Part shown: positions 1 to 13,404 of the stretch, piece by piece
How the letters are laid out: each line of letters opens with the position of its first letter
How positions within the stretch are numbered: position 1 is the stretch's first letter
Assembly: GCF_964204645.1 (NCBI RefSeq)
Contig: NC_134036.1
Location: forward strand, 5,052,600 to 5,116,599
DNA: 64,000 nt
Direction: 5' to 3'
Source of the DNA: Tubulanus polymorphus
Lineage: Eukaryota; Animalia; Nemertea
Notes under the pieces: generated by a model
Database searches by the model: none
What the model saw: only the letters and a program-made list of their open reading frames with translations
Told to the model about the DNA's origin: nothing
Program-made: the position numbers and the translations under genes

Positions 1-651
1 ACAAATCCGAACAAAGAAAAGTTCATCCGCTTAATTTCCAGTACTAGTAGATCATACAATCTTTCCACTTTTCTTAGGAAAGCCTTTCAGATATCCGTCA
101 TCAACTTATGAAGGGGTAATCGAACTATGTACAGTGTGACCACATAGGTATACGTCATTATGTCATAAATATATGCCGAAAAACTTTCAAATACCTTTGG
201 TATATTATGAATTCAATGTATTTATGTACTTGAATTATCTCCATGTATCCGCCTTAAAGTATTATGTAATTGTGTCGTATCATAAAAAATTTTTTTTAAT
301 ATGATAAACTAATTAAGTAATAATAACTAAAAATGAACGGCCAGCGAACATCTTGAGTCGGTAAGTATAATAAAAAGCTTTAAAACAATCAAAAATGCGT
401 CTTAGTTTTTTCTAAAGGAGGAGAATTGCTCCTTGCCGTGTGCGTTATAGAATATCAGCGGTTTCCGCTTCGAAGTTACCGAAACTCCGCGAAAACAAGC
501 GAAAAGCTAACAATTAGAACTCGCTCGCTACAGCCGGGTGTTTCCTTGCAGAGAGTCGCGATATTCGAGCGCGCTAACCTAAAACCACAACTTCTGCGCG
601 AACGAGGCGTCTAGCGTCGTCTATCTCTACTTCTCGAGGTTAAGATGTATA

Positions 652-653
<2 letters not shown>

Positions 654-698
<45 letters not shown>
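654..698. repeat. (TA)n microsatellite
   Basis: Uninterrupted TA run; explains the YIYI tract in ORF 627..875. Confidence 0.95.
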
Positions 699-702
<4 letters not shown>

Positions 703-1151
703 AGCGGAAAAAAAACGGACGGAAACCTTTTATTCGAAACCCGCCTATCCCCCTCTCTCTCTCGTTCGCGATACGCCGCCGCAGTCTCGAGGCGAGATAA
801 ACAATCCTTGACAATCCTTCCGAGAATGGTGTTTAACCGAGATCTGAAAAAAGGTCGTCGTGTCGACGACTTCAAAAATTAGAGCCCGAGTTTATTCGGG
901 GGCGCGAGGCGTACGATACTGGCCCGTAGCCTGTAGAAAAAGATGCCAGATGCTGAAATTCCAATTTTGTGTTTAAAAATATTTTGAAAAAAACTTTTTT
1001 CGATTCTTCGATTTTATATTAAAACGTATTTATTACTTATCGTCGCGTAAAAACCTTACCCCATATCTGTTTGTTAACAAAGAAGGCTAACACATCGATT
1101 ACAGTCGATTCGGGAATATCGATTTAACGCTCGGTAAGGGCGCCAGTCCAT

Positions 1152-1196
1152 TTCGACGTTTCCGCAATATCCTAATGTCGGTCATCTTCGGGAATA
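1152..1196 (-). ncRNA. Degenerate minimal type-I hammerhead ribozyme motif (family B)
   Basis: Minus strand reads TATTC-CCGAAGA-T-GAC..TTAGGATATTGCG-GAAACGTC-GAAA, homologous to the copy at 60076. Core CTGANGA is mutated to CCGAAGA and helix II is disrupted. Confidence 0.6.
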
Positions 1197-1350
1197 CAGA
1201 GGGATACATTATTCCCATAAAAAGACGAATTGATTATGAAAATATGTCGGAATAGATGAAATAGATATAAAGATTAAATCTAATGAATTAGTCGAAACGG
1301 TGAAATCAACCACTAGTTCAAACTCGATATTTACAATGCAATCTTTTTAA

Positions 1351-1574
1351 GATAAAAACCCACTATGTACAATTTTAAAGAATTTTAGAATCGAGAATTT
1401 ATTTTTTTTCTCAAAAAATCTAAAACTTAAAATACACGTCAGGTGACGTCACACCTGACGATGATCCCTAGGGTGAGATCGAAACGTCGTGTATTTTAGA
1501 TTTTAGATTTTTTGAATGAACACAAATTCTCGATTTCATAAGTTCCTTTAATTTGTACATAGTGGGTTAATATC
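1351..1574. mobile_element. Palindromic (head-to-head) Penelope-like pLTR remnant, family A
   Basis: Imperfect inverted arms (AACCCACTATGTACAA...AAAATACACG / CGTGTATTTT...TTGTACATAGTGGGTT) with a hammerhead in the right arm; a homologous copy lies at 22340-22497. Confidence 0.7.
1451..1492 (+). ncRNA. Minimal type-I hammerhead ribozyme (family A)
   Basis: ACAC-CTGACGA-T-GATC(loop)GATC-GAAA-CGTC-GTGT: intact core, helix I ACAC/GTGT, helix II GATC/GATC, loopless helix III. Predicted cleavage after C1488. Confidence 0.85.
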
Positions 1575-3298
1575 CAATTAACCGTTCACCATGTTTGAGA
1601 ATGGTTATAGCACTGCTATCTCTCTTATCAAATAAAAACCACCTAGGACTAATAGATCAGAGATGTATTGTTCGAACGCGTGATTAGGCTACGTAACTAA
1701 TTTACCAGTCGATTACTGGTAAATCGATTACAGCATAAAAATGTTACACATTAATATGTAACAAAGCGTGCAATTTGGCAGGACATAAACAGAGCTATGT
1801 TTGGCTATGTTTACGAACTCAAATAAACAGAACTAGCAATACAACGACGAAGGCATTAATCGTAATATTCGATTTTGGAAATAAACTACTAGCTCAAATG
1901 AACAGTTTTTGCGGGCTGGTCTTTCATTTCGCATCAAAGTATTTTACCGAATTATCGATACTGATTCGGGCGAATTTTGATGCATAGTAGTCGGTGGCGC
2001 AGTAATGAGTTCGAAAGTTAATACGGTTAGTATTAGGAAAAAAGGTAGATTTTGAAAAGATGAAATGATATTCGATGATCTTACGAATAGACCGCGGGGA
2101 AAAAGGCGCGTGGATATATAGATAATATATAGAATGGATATATAGATAAGCAATCACGGCGGATCGGGACGTCTAGGGGCGGCGTGATCACGTCTATCTT
2201 GGAGTAATCATTCGACAAATGATCACTCCAAGCCGCTATATATAACGACATAACTCGAGCGACAATCAGCGAACTGATATCGACGGCGTTGACGTCGCGC
2301 GGGAGGCTCCGGCCGCCTGCGTATCGGTTCGTTTAGAATCAGCCGCGCCGCGGTGACAATTACCCAACGCCGAAGCGTTGATTGAACTTGTCTTGCGTCG
2401 GATGAGCGACGATCCCGCGGGACGCTCCGGTCCGATTAGTTTACAGGGATAGTCGTCGTCGTAAGGCGCGGATGTTTTCGGGAATAAGCGTTGTCAATGA
2501 TGAAGGTTTCTTTTTGATCGTACACACGAACTTCGTGAGTTGTCACTCGTATATAAGTAGGAATTGAACTACTGTATCGAGCCAGAAAGTGACCGTCCAT
2601 AATAATTAGCTAGAGTCCAATACTTAACCCGAGACATTTTTGCTAAAAGATTACAAACACCGAACATTTTATAGACTTTGATCGACGCAATAACATTAAA
2701 AAGATCGCAAATGTTCAATACTCTTCATCTGAGACAATTCTAATTGAAAATGAGCTAAAAACACACTGAACAAGATATTATACATTTTATCAGATTATTT
2801 TCGTGAAATACTGATCTTCTTAGCTCACAGGACTCCGCTTGACGTATTTCTAATTCGAAGTGCTGCAAACGCCAACTACAAACAACAGACGCGCTTCATC
2901 AGTACGATTTCATGAACTGATCTTCACAACACTTCATCACGTACGAGACATACATTTTGAAATGAAAACGAACTAAAAGCATACGACATTAGACATGTTT
3001 TAATCAGCGCGGTCGCCAAAACCGATCTTCTACACACACTTAACATGTGTAAAGCACTATTAACCTTTTCAAAGAATTTTTAATTGAAAATCGACCACGA
3101 ATCTCAGTGAGACGCATTTCATCAGTCTTTCTACTAGTCTTTCTTCGATTTATAACGGTGATGAACACGATCTTAGAAAGAATGATGTTCTGGCTTCAGA
3201 TGCGCGTTTAGATTAGGCAGGTTATAGGATAGAAAATATCTTTTCCCATCGGTGCCCGATTCGACCCGGTCACCGTCAAACGACATTCAAAAGGTTAC

Positions 3299-3590
3299 CC
3301 GCGGTAGAACCGCGGTATACCTCGTTCGCATCACCGCGCGTATCTTCTTTTGATAATAGCGGCGTACGAACCACCGCCGTCGCCGCCGCCGCAAGTGCAA
3401 AGCCGTGTTTAACGACGACATCTGTTTGCCCAGCCGCGCCACTCGACACGAACAGCGATACACGCGCCCGCCGGGATCGACACACCGGCGTGCTTTCAAA
3501 ACAATCATCGCATCCGATCGTCGACGAGCGTCACCGGGAGAAAAAATGAACACGTCGCGAACGTACTGAGACGATTCTGCCCAGTTTATA
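3299..3590 (-). promoter_or_regulatory. Candidate TATA/Inr promoter and first exon
   Basis: Minus-strand TATAAA (3590-3585), TCAGT Inr-like motif (3569-3565), GC-rich leader, donor GG|GTAACC after 3299. TATA-Inr spacing is slightly short. Confidence 0.35.
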
Positions 3591-6434
3591 CCCGGGTGAA
3601 ATTTTTGTCCGCGCCTAATTAGATTTTTCGATGGGTATTAATTAAAAATAGTGCCTAGTTAGATTTAGCGATGGGTTTTAATTGAAAAAGATAGCGTTAA
3701 GTATTTGCATACAGTAATTTGTCCGTGTAAAAATGAATTTCAATAAGTGCAATACCTGGTATGCTGTTTTGGCAATCGAGAATATTCCTTTTCAGGCAAA
3801 CGACGATCCACCCGGTGTCGCTAGTGTGCAGCGAAATAGAACGCCTTATCTTATCTCATTTCATCTTATCTTAGCTTATATTATCTTATATCTAACGTAT
3901 TATTTAGCGATTAGGAATTTCACTCGTGGTGGCAAGTAAAGACCCGCAAGGTACGCTGGTATCCCTTTCTTATTGACAAGCGATGATCCACTAGGTGTCG
4001 CTAGTGGGCAGTAAAGTAGGACGTCACGAACGGAAGCAGTAGTAATACTGTATAGTTACGTAGCTTGTCGTGACAAGTAAGGATCCGCCAGGTGTCGCTA
4101 GTGAGCCATGGAGCATCAGCTATTACAGCTTGTCTAGCGTTGAATGCAGACAATATGAATATATGATACCGTTTCCAAGGACGTATACAAATCGACCCCC
4201 GATACCACGAGTGCATCCGTTCTCAAATTCTTTCTCCGAAAACCTCATGCGTCTACGGACTTAACCACTCTTGTCTCGAAATGCCGTCGAGAAAGACCGA
4301 TCCGTGCGCTGAGGCCCTAAACGCACCCTCGCCCAGGCTTAGTCTCGAATCGCGCTTGGTTTGCGACAACAGACAATAGCCTCTAACGATACCGAAAAAA
4401 TAAAAAATATTCGCCACTGTTTTGAGAAACATCGACGACGAACACTTTGTGTGTGCGCTGATAATGTCTCAGACACGTGTTCCGCCGAACACAAGTGAAG
4501 TGTGAGCGATTGGTTTTTGAAAGTGAGCTGATAAAATGTGTAATATTTGGTGTTTGTAGATTAACAAATTGTAGATTAACAGATTGTAGATTGAAATTTT
4601 CGATTAAAAATGATGGAGTTCTGAACGCATGTGATGTGTGGGGGATCAGTTTTTTGAAAGTTTGCGCTGGTAAAATGGCTGGTGTCTGGCTTTTGTAGTT
4701 CATTTTCAATGAAAAAAAAGTCTCAAGTGGAGTTTTGTACAAATTTTAAGTGTGGATGATCAGCTTATGAAAGTGAGCTGATAAAGTTGTCAATATCTGG
4801 TGTTGTTGATAGTCTAATATCCTGCGTCTTAGACAGTCTATTGTCTGGTGTTTGTTGACAGTGTCTGGTATTTTTGATATCGCCTAATGCCTGGTGTTTG
4901 TGTTTAGAACATTCTCAATAACTTACATCGACGAATCGAACACACCAACATTCTTGCAAAAATGATCCAAGGAATGAACCAGTACTCCATTACGCCGTCG
5001 ATTTATATCTCTATTTTTCCAGCGACACCTGCCGCCGCGTCTCTCCGAACTGAACTAAAAAAAAAACTAAACCGCTTACTCGAAGATGTCAGTAAAAAAC
5101 TAAGACGGCGTGAAACTTGTAATAACATATCCGATCACGACAAAAAAGAACGCGCCAACGGCATTGCAAATTCAAAAGACGGTATCAATAGAGAGGGACA
5201 GCCGAGCTTCTTAATACCCGTCGGTCGTCATGTGTCGTCCGTAGAGAGCTTTAGGAATAAAAGGCCGCTATGTTATACAGACCATGGATTTCTCGTCCTC
5301 AAAGATACTATATCGCTTTAACGGTTGACCTTTATAGGTGTTGCATTCATAAATGAATGGTCGTATTCATTTCCTCGCTACATATCGTGGTCTTGAAGAT
5401 GCTACCGTTATAGATGGAATTGATCAACAATAGATGTTTCGAATGCGCTCATTATTTCCTGGCTATACATATTAGAGGCTGCATTTTTGCTTGTTCATAT
5501 GGTCTAAAAGGCAACGAATCTATATCTACAAGAGATAGGTTAAAAAATCTCAGAATCTCGAAATAGATGTATTCATCTACCAACCCCCCCCCCCCCCCCC
5601 CCTCCGCCCCGTTAACGCGGCTCCTTACACGAATCTCGGCAGTACTAAGTATCATTATGGGTAAGCCGCCTATCGAACGAGCCACGCCACTCGAGCTCGA
5701 CTTTCTTGTATCCACCCGAAACACGCGTCTATTGTTATATAGCTCGCAACGCGAAACTATAATCGCTATTATTATGTTTCGTGCGAAGTACGAGAAAACT
5801 CGGCGTCCGTGCGCGTAAGATCTTCGTCATCGCGCGCGCGAAAATTCTCATTCATTTTCGCTCGATTTCCTCCTTCGTGTTCCTTTCATATCCTTCGATA
5901 TAGCTTTTGTCTCGCGTCGCCTTTTCGCGTCGATCGTTCTAAACCAGCGCGATTATACGAACGAACCGAGAACCTGCGCTTACAATTCGTTTGATGAGAA
6001 CGTCTACCGTCGATTTCTTTCATTTTTGCTTATAGTTTTCGGTTTTTAGGCGGTCGCGTGTTCTACTTCTAAGAAGTGGCGTTACTTCATCCAACTGGAA
6101 AAGTCGTGGCGACGGGCGCGTAGTAAGTTTCGAGAAAAGTCGACAGGCAAACAATAGTGTTGTGTGTATAGCGATTCGTTCGAATCTTATGGGTTGTTGC
6201 TGATGACTCGTTGCGATGACAAGTAGATACGACGTAATCCCTCTGAAGTTGAAGTTCAAATTAAGCCGCGGCGGAGATATGAATCAACGCACGCCGAGCT
6301 CGCGCCTTTCAAAACCCGTCTTCCTCCGCGCTGTCGAGTCAATTAGCCGCATGAATATGCGCGCTCGCCTTTTTTTATGGACAAACGTGGAAACGAAATG
6401 AAAAGGAACCGGTAAAATCCGTAAGCTACTCTTA

Positions 6435-7042
6435 GTGTATACAATGGCGCCAGACTATTGAAGCCTCAACAAAACTAGATGCTTACGGAATTATTAAGCT
6501 GAATTGGGGGCGGGAAATATCTTCACTAGCATTACCATTTGACCTAAGGACAAATTTAATACGGTTCCGTTGTTCTAACCATAACCTACCGATTGAAACG
6601 GGAAGATATGAAAATATTCCCCGGAATGAACGACTTTGTACCAAATATGACCCACGAAAAATCGGCGACGAATACCATTTCATAATGGAGTGTACTTTTT
6701 TTGAAAGTTTAAGAAGTCGCTACATACCGCAACGACTAGTAGATATTCCTAACTTAAGAAAATTTATGGATCTTTTGACATCCCAAGACCCAAACATCTT
6801 GAGGAAGCTAGCAGTACTTATAAAAAAGGCACATAGCCTCATCTAGCCATCGCTGTGCACACACGCTCTAATTTCGTGTATAATGACATGTAGCCTATAG
6901 AAGAAGAAACTGTCACTATATATTATAAATGTAACCGGAGAAACCGTAATTGTATAACTGTTAATTGTTCATTTTATGTATCCTGTGCTCGAAAAAATAG
7001 TATAATTTCTAGAGTAATAAATTAAATCTGAATCTGAATCTG
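6435..7042 (+). mobile_element. 5'-truncated non-LTR retrotransposon (RTEX/CR1-group-like ORF2 C-terminus plus 3' UTR)
   Basis: Open frame 6442-6846: QWRQTIEASTKLDAY...RFRCSNHNLPIETGRYENIPRNERLCTKYDPRKIGDEYHFIMECTFF...LRKLAVLIKK*, the typical post-RT zinc-knuckle region. Ends in AATAAA and a (TCTGAA)n tail. Not in the ORF track because there is no start codon early enough. Confidence 0.88.
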
Positions 7043-7069
7043 TATAGGAATTAATTAACCCGCATAACC

Positions 7070-7790
7070 GAGGAACGGTTTGGAACGAACCCGCGCACTC
7101 GAACCGGGTTGAATGAGTCCGATCGAACTGGTGCAAAGTTGCGGAGATGGTTCGATAGTCGAATCCACGCAACCGTTCAACTGGACCCGGAGGCTCGAAC
7201 CCGCACGGCGGCGAAACGGACAGATTACACTACACTAACCATTCAACACCCGACTACGCACAGCTTTGATATGACCATCATATTATCAAGTGCGTTTCGC
7301 CCTGGAGCCGCTGCGATGATTGAACCCGTACAACAGTGTCAAACCGGATTCACAGTCGAATTAAACCCACACAAGTGCGAAAGTGGATCCGGCATCGAAC
7401 TGAACCCACACACTGTCGAACAAGATGCACAGTGGATTATTATGACGGCAATTCCGTGAACCTGGCAGATCAAACCAACAACCGTGGAATTAGGTCTAAA
7501 TACGAATCAACCTATAGCAGAAGTGTGAAAATGGGTCAAGAGTAGAATTAACCCACACATTTCCCGCGTAGGAAACGAGTGTTGAGAGATATAAAACCCA
7601 CACAACACTGTGGAACTGGATCCATATTCAAACTAAACGCGCGAAACTGTGGAACTCAGTCAATTAAAACTCAGACAACACTGTGGAACTGAGTCCAAGG
7701 TCAAATTAATCACTAACACCGTGGAACACAGTGCGTCTGAGATGAATTTTATCGAATCCCTCGAACCGGATCCCGCGAGTCAAACCCATA
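7070..7790. repeat. Degenerate short-period repeat (AACCCACACA..GTGGAACTGGATCC motifs)
   Basis: Recurring motifs shared with 15060-15720 and with the TIRs of the MITE at 30329. Confidence 0.55.
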
Positions 7791-8679
7791 CGAGCGGCAA
7801 TTATCCGGACAGACCCTCAATACTGTTTAACCAGGCGGCGCATCTATATCCAATCGACCGTCGTTACGACACGATCCGGCGCGCGATATCATCAGCCATG
7901 TCGATGATTATCATCATTTCGCCGAGCGCGATGTTGTTTGCGCTAATTATCAATTAGTTGCCGGCGTGTTTAACACTGTTCGAGAACGCGACGGTGCGCG
8001 GAATCGATACGGCCACGGCGAGAGAGAACAGCAGCAGCGGCGGCGGCGGCGGCCAGTCTCAGCCAGCCAGTCTCAGCCAGCACGCGATGTGAACACACAA
8101 CGTCACCGTCGTCATCGCTGCGGGCTCAGACCGCGAACAACGAATACGCATCAACGGACAGAGAATTCGTTTTAAGACGCGTGTATATCGTCGTGATAAT
8201 ATGATGCATATGGCCTGGATGCATTCATTCCGTTTTCGGTCAAACGAAAGTTCGAAATTCCGCGATATTATCCAGCAAAAGATGCCATGTCCTTCGGTAC
8301 GCCCGATAATGGCTAACAACAGTCTTTTACCGAAACGTCCGAAACGTTGTTCGATATATAACAAACCTTTTTACACGGGAAGTTTACATCTTTAGCTGAT
8401 TAATGTCGGATATCTTTATTATATAAAAATGCTGCATATTATAAGAATCCATACATTGTCACAGTACCCGCATAAAATATATACGCTATTTATTCATTTC
8501 CTAAAATCAGCGATCGGTCCAGCTACCAATAAGCGTTTTTTATTTAGGAGAAAAGTTCGACATTCGATTCTGACCGAAATTCACAAAGAAATTGACACGC
8601 GGAACACCGAGTATACCCAGCTATAGCATACCTGTCGGATCCTCGCGTGCCACGGGTGGAATCCTCGATTGCCACAGTA

Positions 8680-9019
8680 CATCCTCCCCCGGCAGGGATT
8701 CGAACCTGATGGCATCGAGATTGCCACGGCACGAAACCCTGCCATAATCGACCGTGTGCGCAGATACATGCGCAGTTCAGATGATGTGATTTTTAGCCAA
8801 TCAGAAATCCCGTTTTATTTTATCCCGGGTTTTCCCATTTATAGTTCTTCCTTGAAATTTTCCTCAACGATTATACAACGAGCAATCTGATTGGTGCCGC
8901 CAGTTTTCGTTCGGAAAGCTGCGCATGTACCTGCCGCACCCGGTCTACTGATGCAGGGTTTCGTGCCGTGGCTGAGTGTAGCGATGCCATCAGGTTCGAG
9001 TCCCTGCAGAGGGAGGATG
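8680..9019. mobile_element. Mutator/MULE-type MITE with ~100-bp TIRs containing Pol III B-boxes
   Basis: TIRs CATCCTCCC..CAGGGATTCGAACCTGATGGCATCG / CGATGCCATCAGGTTCGAGTCCCTG..GGGAGGATG; perfect 9-bp TSD GCCACAGTA (8671-8679, 9020-9028). Confidence 0.85.
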
Positions 9020-9723
9020 GCCACAGTAGGGTTTTTTTCTAATTACCTCAGCCCACTGAGCGCCGGGCAGGGCATTATAAGCGGGTTCGATGTTTCTTTT
9101 TTCCCGATGGGGGAGAGACCAGAGAAGAACGCGCGACCGAAAAACTATGTCGCAACCACAGGGTTTGAACCCCAAAAAAACCTGGACTGACGAAGCCACA
9201 GTAGCGTTCCAATAACAAAAACAGTCAACAACAACAACTGCAAAACGCGATATCGAAGGCGAGTTTTAGGTGCGCGCCAGTGCGGGGGAGTGTTTCCCCC
9301 TTTATCGCTTTATAAATATACGACATCAATAATTCAGGCCGGTTCGCCGCGGCGACGATCCATCTCGGATTACCCCGGGTTGAGACGAGTGGCCGTGTCA
9401 TTCGTTACCGATATATACTGCCGTATTCCGCTCATGTACCAGTCATCGCCGGTGCGGACTTGTATTTCGAGATTGAAAGTGACGGATCGCCGTCCGCGCT
9501 CGTCGTGACGTCGATTGAGTGTTTCGACGATCTCTTCGGTCTCTCCTCGCCCGGTACAGAGAGCACGCGACGAGAACGACAAGCATCCCCGGTTATAGCG
9601 GGATCGATTACCGAGCGCCGCGGCGTTCTTCTTATTTCTCTGGATTCGTTATTCGATCTAGTTCGATATTGATTAGTACCTAACGTAAGTGAAGAGGGTT
9701 CATCGGGATCGAAGAACTTTATT

Positions 9724-10489
9724 GTGTCTGTTCTGAATGGCCGCTCTCCCGCTTCAGCTGTGAGGAGAGGCGGTTCACCGAGAACCTATTGCGTCCGTTC
9801 TACTCGCTGCTCTCCCGCTACAGCTGTGAGGAGAGGGGGCTCACCGAGAACCTATTGTGTCCGTTCTACCCGCTGCTCTCCCGCTACAGCTGTGAGGAGA
9901 GGGGGTTCACCGAGAACCTATTGCGTCCGTTCTACTCGCTGCTCTCCCGCTACAGCTGTGAGGAGAGAGGGTTCACCGAGAACCTATTGCGTCCGTTCTA
10001 CTCGCTGCTCTCCCGCTACAGCTGTGAGGACAGGGGGTTCACCGAGAACCTATTGCGTCTGTTCTACTCGCTGCTCTCCCGCTACAGCTGTGAGGAGAGG
10101 GGGTTCACCGAGAACCTATTGCGTCTGTTCTACTCGCTGCTCTCCCGCTACAGCTGTGAGGAGAGGGCGTTCACCGAGAACCTATTGCGTCCGTTCTACT
10201 CGCTGCTCTCCCGCTACAGCTGTGAGGAGAGAGGGTTCACCGAGAACCTATTGCGTCCGTTCTACTCGCTGCTCTCCCGCTACAGCTGTGAGGAGAGGGA
10301 GTTCACCGAGAACCTATTGCGTCTGTTCTACTCGCTGCTCTCCCGCTACAGCTGTGAGGAGAGGGAGTTCACCGAGAACCTATTGCGTCTGTTCTACTCG
10401 CTGCTCTCCCGCTACAGCTGTGAGGAGAGGGGGTTCACCGAGAACCTATTACGTCTGCTCTACTCGCTGCTCTCTCGCTACATCTGCGA
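9724..10489 (+). repeat. 66-bp minisatellite array (~11.5 units)
   Basis: Unit GTTCTACTCGCTGCTCTCCCGCTACAGCTGTGAGGAGAGGGGGTTCACCGAGAACCTATTGCGTCT; 22-aa periodicity in the ORF track. Confidence 0.97.
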
Positions 10490-10957
10490 GAAGAGCTCGC
10501 ACCCTTGGCCTAGATCTCCGTCGTCGCATCCCGATACCTGTGACATCAGTCAACACGTGCACGCATACCGACAGCTCGTATCCGGGATTCGACTAATTGC
10601 TATAGTCTTCGATGATAAGTTTTGACGGCGACGCCTCTTACGTTTAATTACGGCGTATCGGATTGCTAATGAAACGGGAGCGTCTTATCTTCCTGCATAT
10701 CAAACGGCGAAACGTTGCGTCAGTTTCTTCCCCGCCAACGTCAACCAACGCCGCTTCAAGAGACGTTAGCTTTACGTTGCCACTGGCGTCATTTTTGTTT
10801 AATATTACCGTGTTACAGGGTTTTTCAAAGCGCGTTTTGATATAGAGCTTTCGATATAATATGCTAAAAGAATTCGGATTCGTGTACTTATTTCGGAATG
10901 AAAAGTATATCGGAAATGATTCGCCCTATTGGCTGAGTCCGGTGTCATCGCGTCACT

Positions 10958-11413
10958 GGTAAAATTCAACCTCGAGTTGTTGTCAAATGTACTGAGTAAC
11001 AGTTTGTGAAATAAGACCTATAGTCTCTTACTGCGGTTATGTTAGGATTGGTAAAATTCTACCCCGAGTTGGAGTCGAATACTAAGTAAGAGTTTGTTGA
11101 ATACAGTATAGACTTTGTCTCCTAGCGGTAAAGTAATTAGTAAAATATAACCCCGAATTGGTGTCAAATACTGTGTAAAAGTTAGGGAAACAGCAGTCTC
11201 TAACCAAATACTGAGTAAGGGTATGTTAAGTACAGTAGACTCCTGTCTCTTACTGCGGTAAAGTTGAGACTGGCAAAAATTCTACCCCGAGTTGGTGTCG
11301 AATACTGAGTAAGAGTTTGTGAAATACAGTAAACTCTGTCCCTTACTGCGGTTAAGTTGAGACAGGAAAAAGTCTACCCTGGTGTCAAATACTGAGTAGG
11401 GTTTGTGAAATAC
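10958..11413 (+). repeat. ~92-bp minisatellite array (~5 diverged units)
   Basis: Unit GGTAAAATTCTACCCCGAGTTGGTGTCAAATACTGAGTAAGAGTTTGTGAAATACAGTAGACTCTGTCTCTTACTGCGGTAAAGTTGAGACT. Confidence 0.9.
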
Positions 11414-12020
11414 AATAATCACTGAAACCCATCACAACAAAGAGAAACCAACCGCGTTTGCAACGAGAATACTAAGAAAAAGAGATTCGTCGAAACGTCT
11501 GACGCAAATATCACCGACAACAAAATGTTTCAAGGCCGACACGACCGGATTCGCCTGCGTCTCTATCACGATCTACTGACTTACATCATCCTGGCGCAGA
11601 GGCGAACGAAATGATATATCAGAGCAAAAATTATATTTTTCTCGCCGTCGACGCAGGTGGCAGCCGACAACGAGATGTTCTGTATCGCGGCACCCCGGGA
11701 CACCGGATAAAAGCCCATTAGACGCGCGCGCAGTGGGATAAAGACGGGCGCGCGTCTGTCTGTCTTCGACCCACGAATGCTTCACGGCTGCGCGTCGCGA
11801 TGCTGGGATGTATACGGATCGGGACGGTAACGAAACGACGAACGAAGCATATCTTGTTTAGCGTGGATAATGTTTGCTTAGACGGGAATGCGCTGTTTAT
11901 CCGTAACATCTTGTAAAATGATGTCTCTAACTTGTCTGAGTATTGATTTCGATAGGTCGATTCATTTAGAGTTTACGTTTCAAAATAATAAGTATAAGAC
12001 AGATGAGCATTAGTCTGACT

Positions 12021-12463
12021 TCTCTCCCGCTACAGCTTTGAGGAGAGGGGTTCATCGAGAACCTATTGCGTCTGTTCTACTCGCCGCTCTCCCGCTACAG
12101 CTGTGAGGAGAGGGGGTTCACCGAGAACCTATCGCGTCTGTTCTACTCGCTGCTCTTCCGCTACAGCTGTGAGGAGAGGGGGTTCACCGAGAACTTATCG
12201 CGTCTGTTCTACTCGCTGCTCTTCCGCTACAGCTGTGAGGAGAGAGGGTTCACCGAGAACCTATTGCGTCTGCTCTACTCGTCGCTCTCCTGCTACAGCT
12301 GTGAGGAGAGAGGGATCACCGAGAACCTATTGCGTCTGTTCTACTCGCTGCTCTCCCGCTACAGCTGTGAGGAGAGAGGGTTCACCGAGAACCTATTGCG
12401 TCTGCTCTACTCGTCGCTCTCCTGCTACAGCTGTGAGGAGAGGGGGTTCACCGAGAACCTATT
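12021..12463 (+). repeat. 66-bp minisatellite array (~6.5 units)
   Basis: Same unit as 9724-10489. Confidence 0.96.
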
Positions 12464-13404
12464 ACACATCATATCCGTCGTGACATTAGACTATATTCAA
12501 CGCGATGAGAAACGATCACCTGAATCTTACATTACCTAAAAATACGCGTCACCTCTTAGTCTCGGTAACGGGGCCCTCCTAAACGAAACCATTGCATACC
12601 GCGTCGCGTCGCTCGTATATCGAGGAGTGCCGCACGTACTCGGATTACAGTCTCCGGCGAGCATCCTCTCGGCACCGCCCGTAACCCGGTTATTTACACC
12701 TCGCCATTGGACCGAGAACCTCTGAAATCATATTCCGATCATGTATTTACGCGCTAACGGACACCTTATAACCCGCCGTGTCGAATCGTGCGTTTTTTTT
12801 AAATATATAACTCCTAATGTGAGCAGTTTTACCTATGTCGACTGTAGGAAGCGATAATGTTTCAAACTTCAAAATCTCCCGGGTGACTTTACGAATAGAA
12901 AATGTAGCGCCGATATACTCGCGGGTGACTGGCTCAGTTCTAGCATACTAAGCATAAATGTAATAGATTTATTAGAATAATTTCTGTTGTTAAAGTTTTT
13001 TTATTGTCTACATGTAATCGTATATTTAGTTTTTTTGTTTTTATTGATTCTTTATTTACGAATAAATTACATTAGAAAATAACAGATATATTATGGTAAT
13101 GTAGTAAAAGTCGATGTATACCGGGAGAATTTGAGTCTGTTTGTATCTTTGTAAGTAAACTTAGTTATGAATGAAAATACTAATATGAAAAAAGTACTGT
13201 ATTAGATATATTACAATGGAAATATCTATTCGAAAATAGATTTTTGAAATGCTCGTTAAAGAAACAAACCAAACGCAGAAAAAATCTGCATTTCGGCTGG
13301 GAGTCTACGACTGTTTGATCGGTTTTTCTGTTTTCTTTTTGCCAGAGAGCGAGAAGCACTGGGGCTAATCACAGGCTGGGCTCCACACCGTATAAGAGAG
13401 TCGC

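Noticed and set aside
8201-8395. Possible plus-strand first exon MMHMAWMHSF...
   Set aside because: Only a weak donor (GTACGC) and no homology cue or downstream exon.
9724-10625. 290-aa and 278-aa repeat ORFs; CRISPR-like appearance
   Set aside because: A 66-bp unit with no stop in two frames; units are contiguous with no unique spacers, no cas genes, eukaryotic context.
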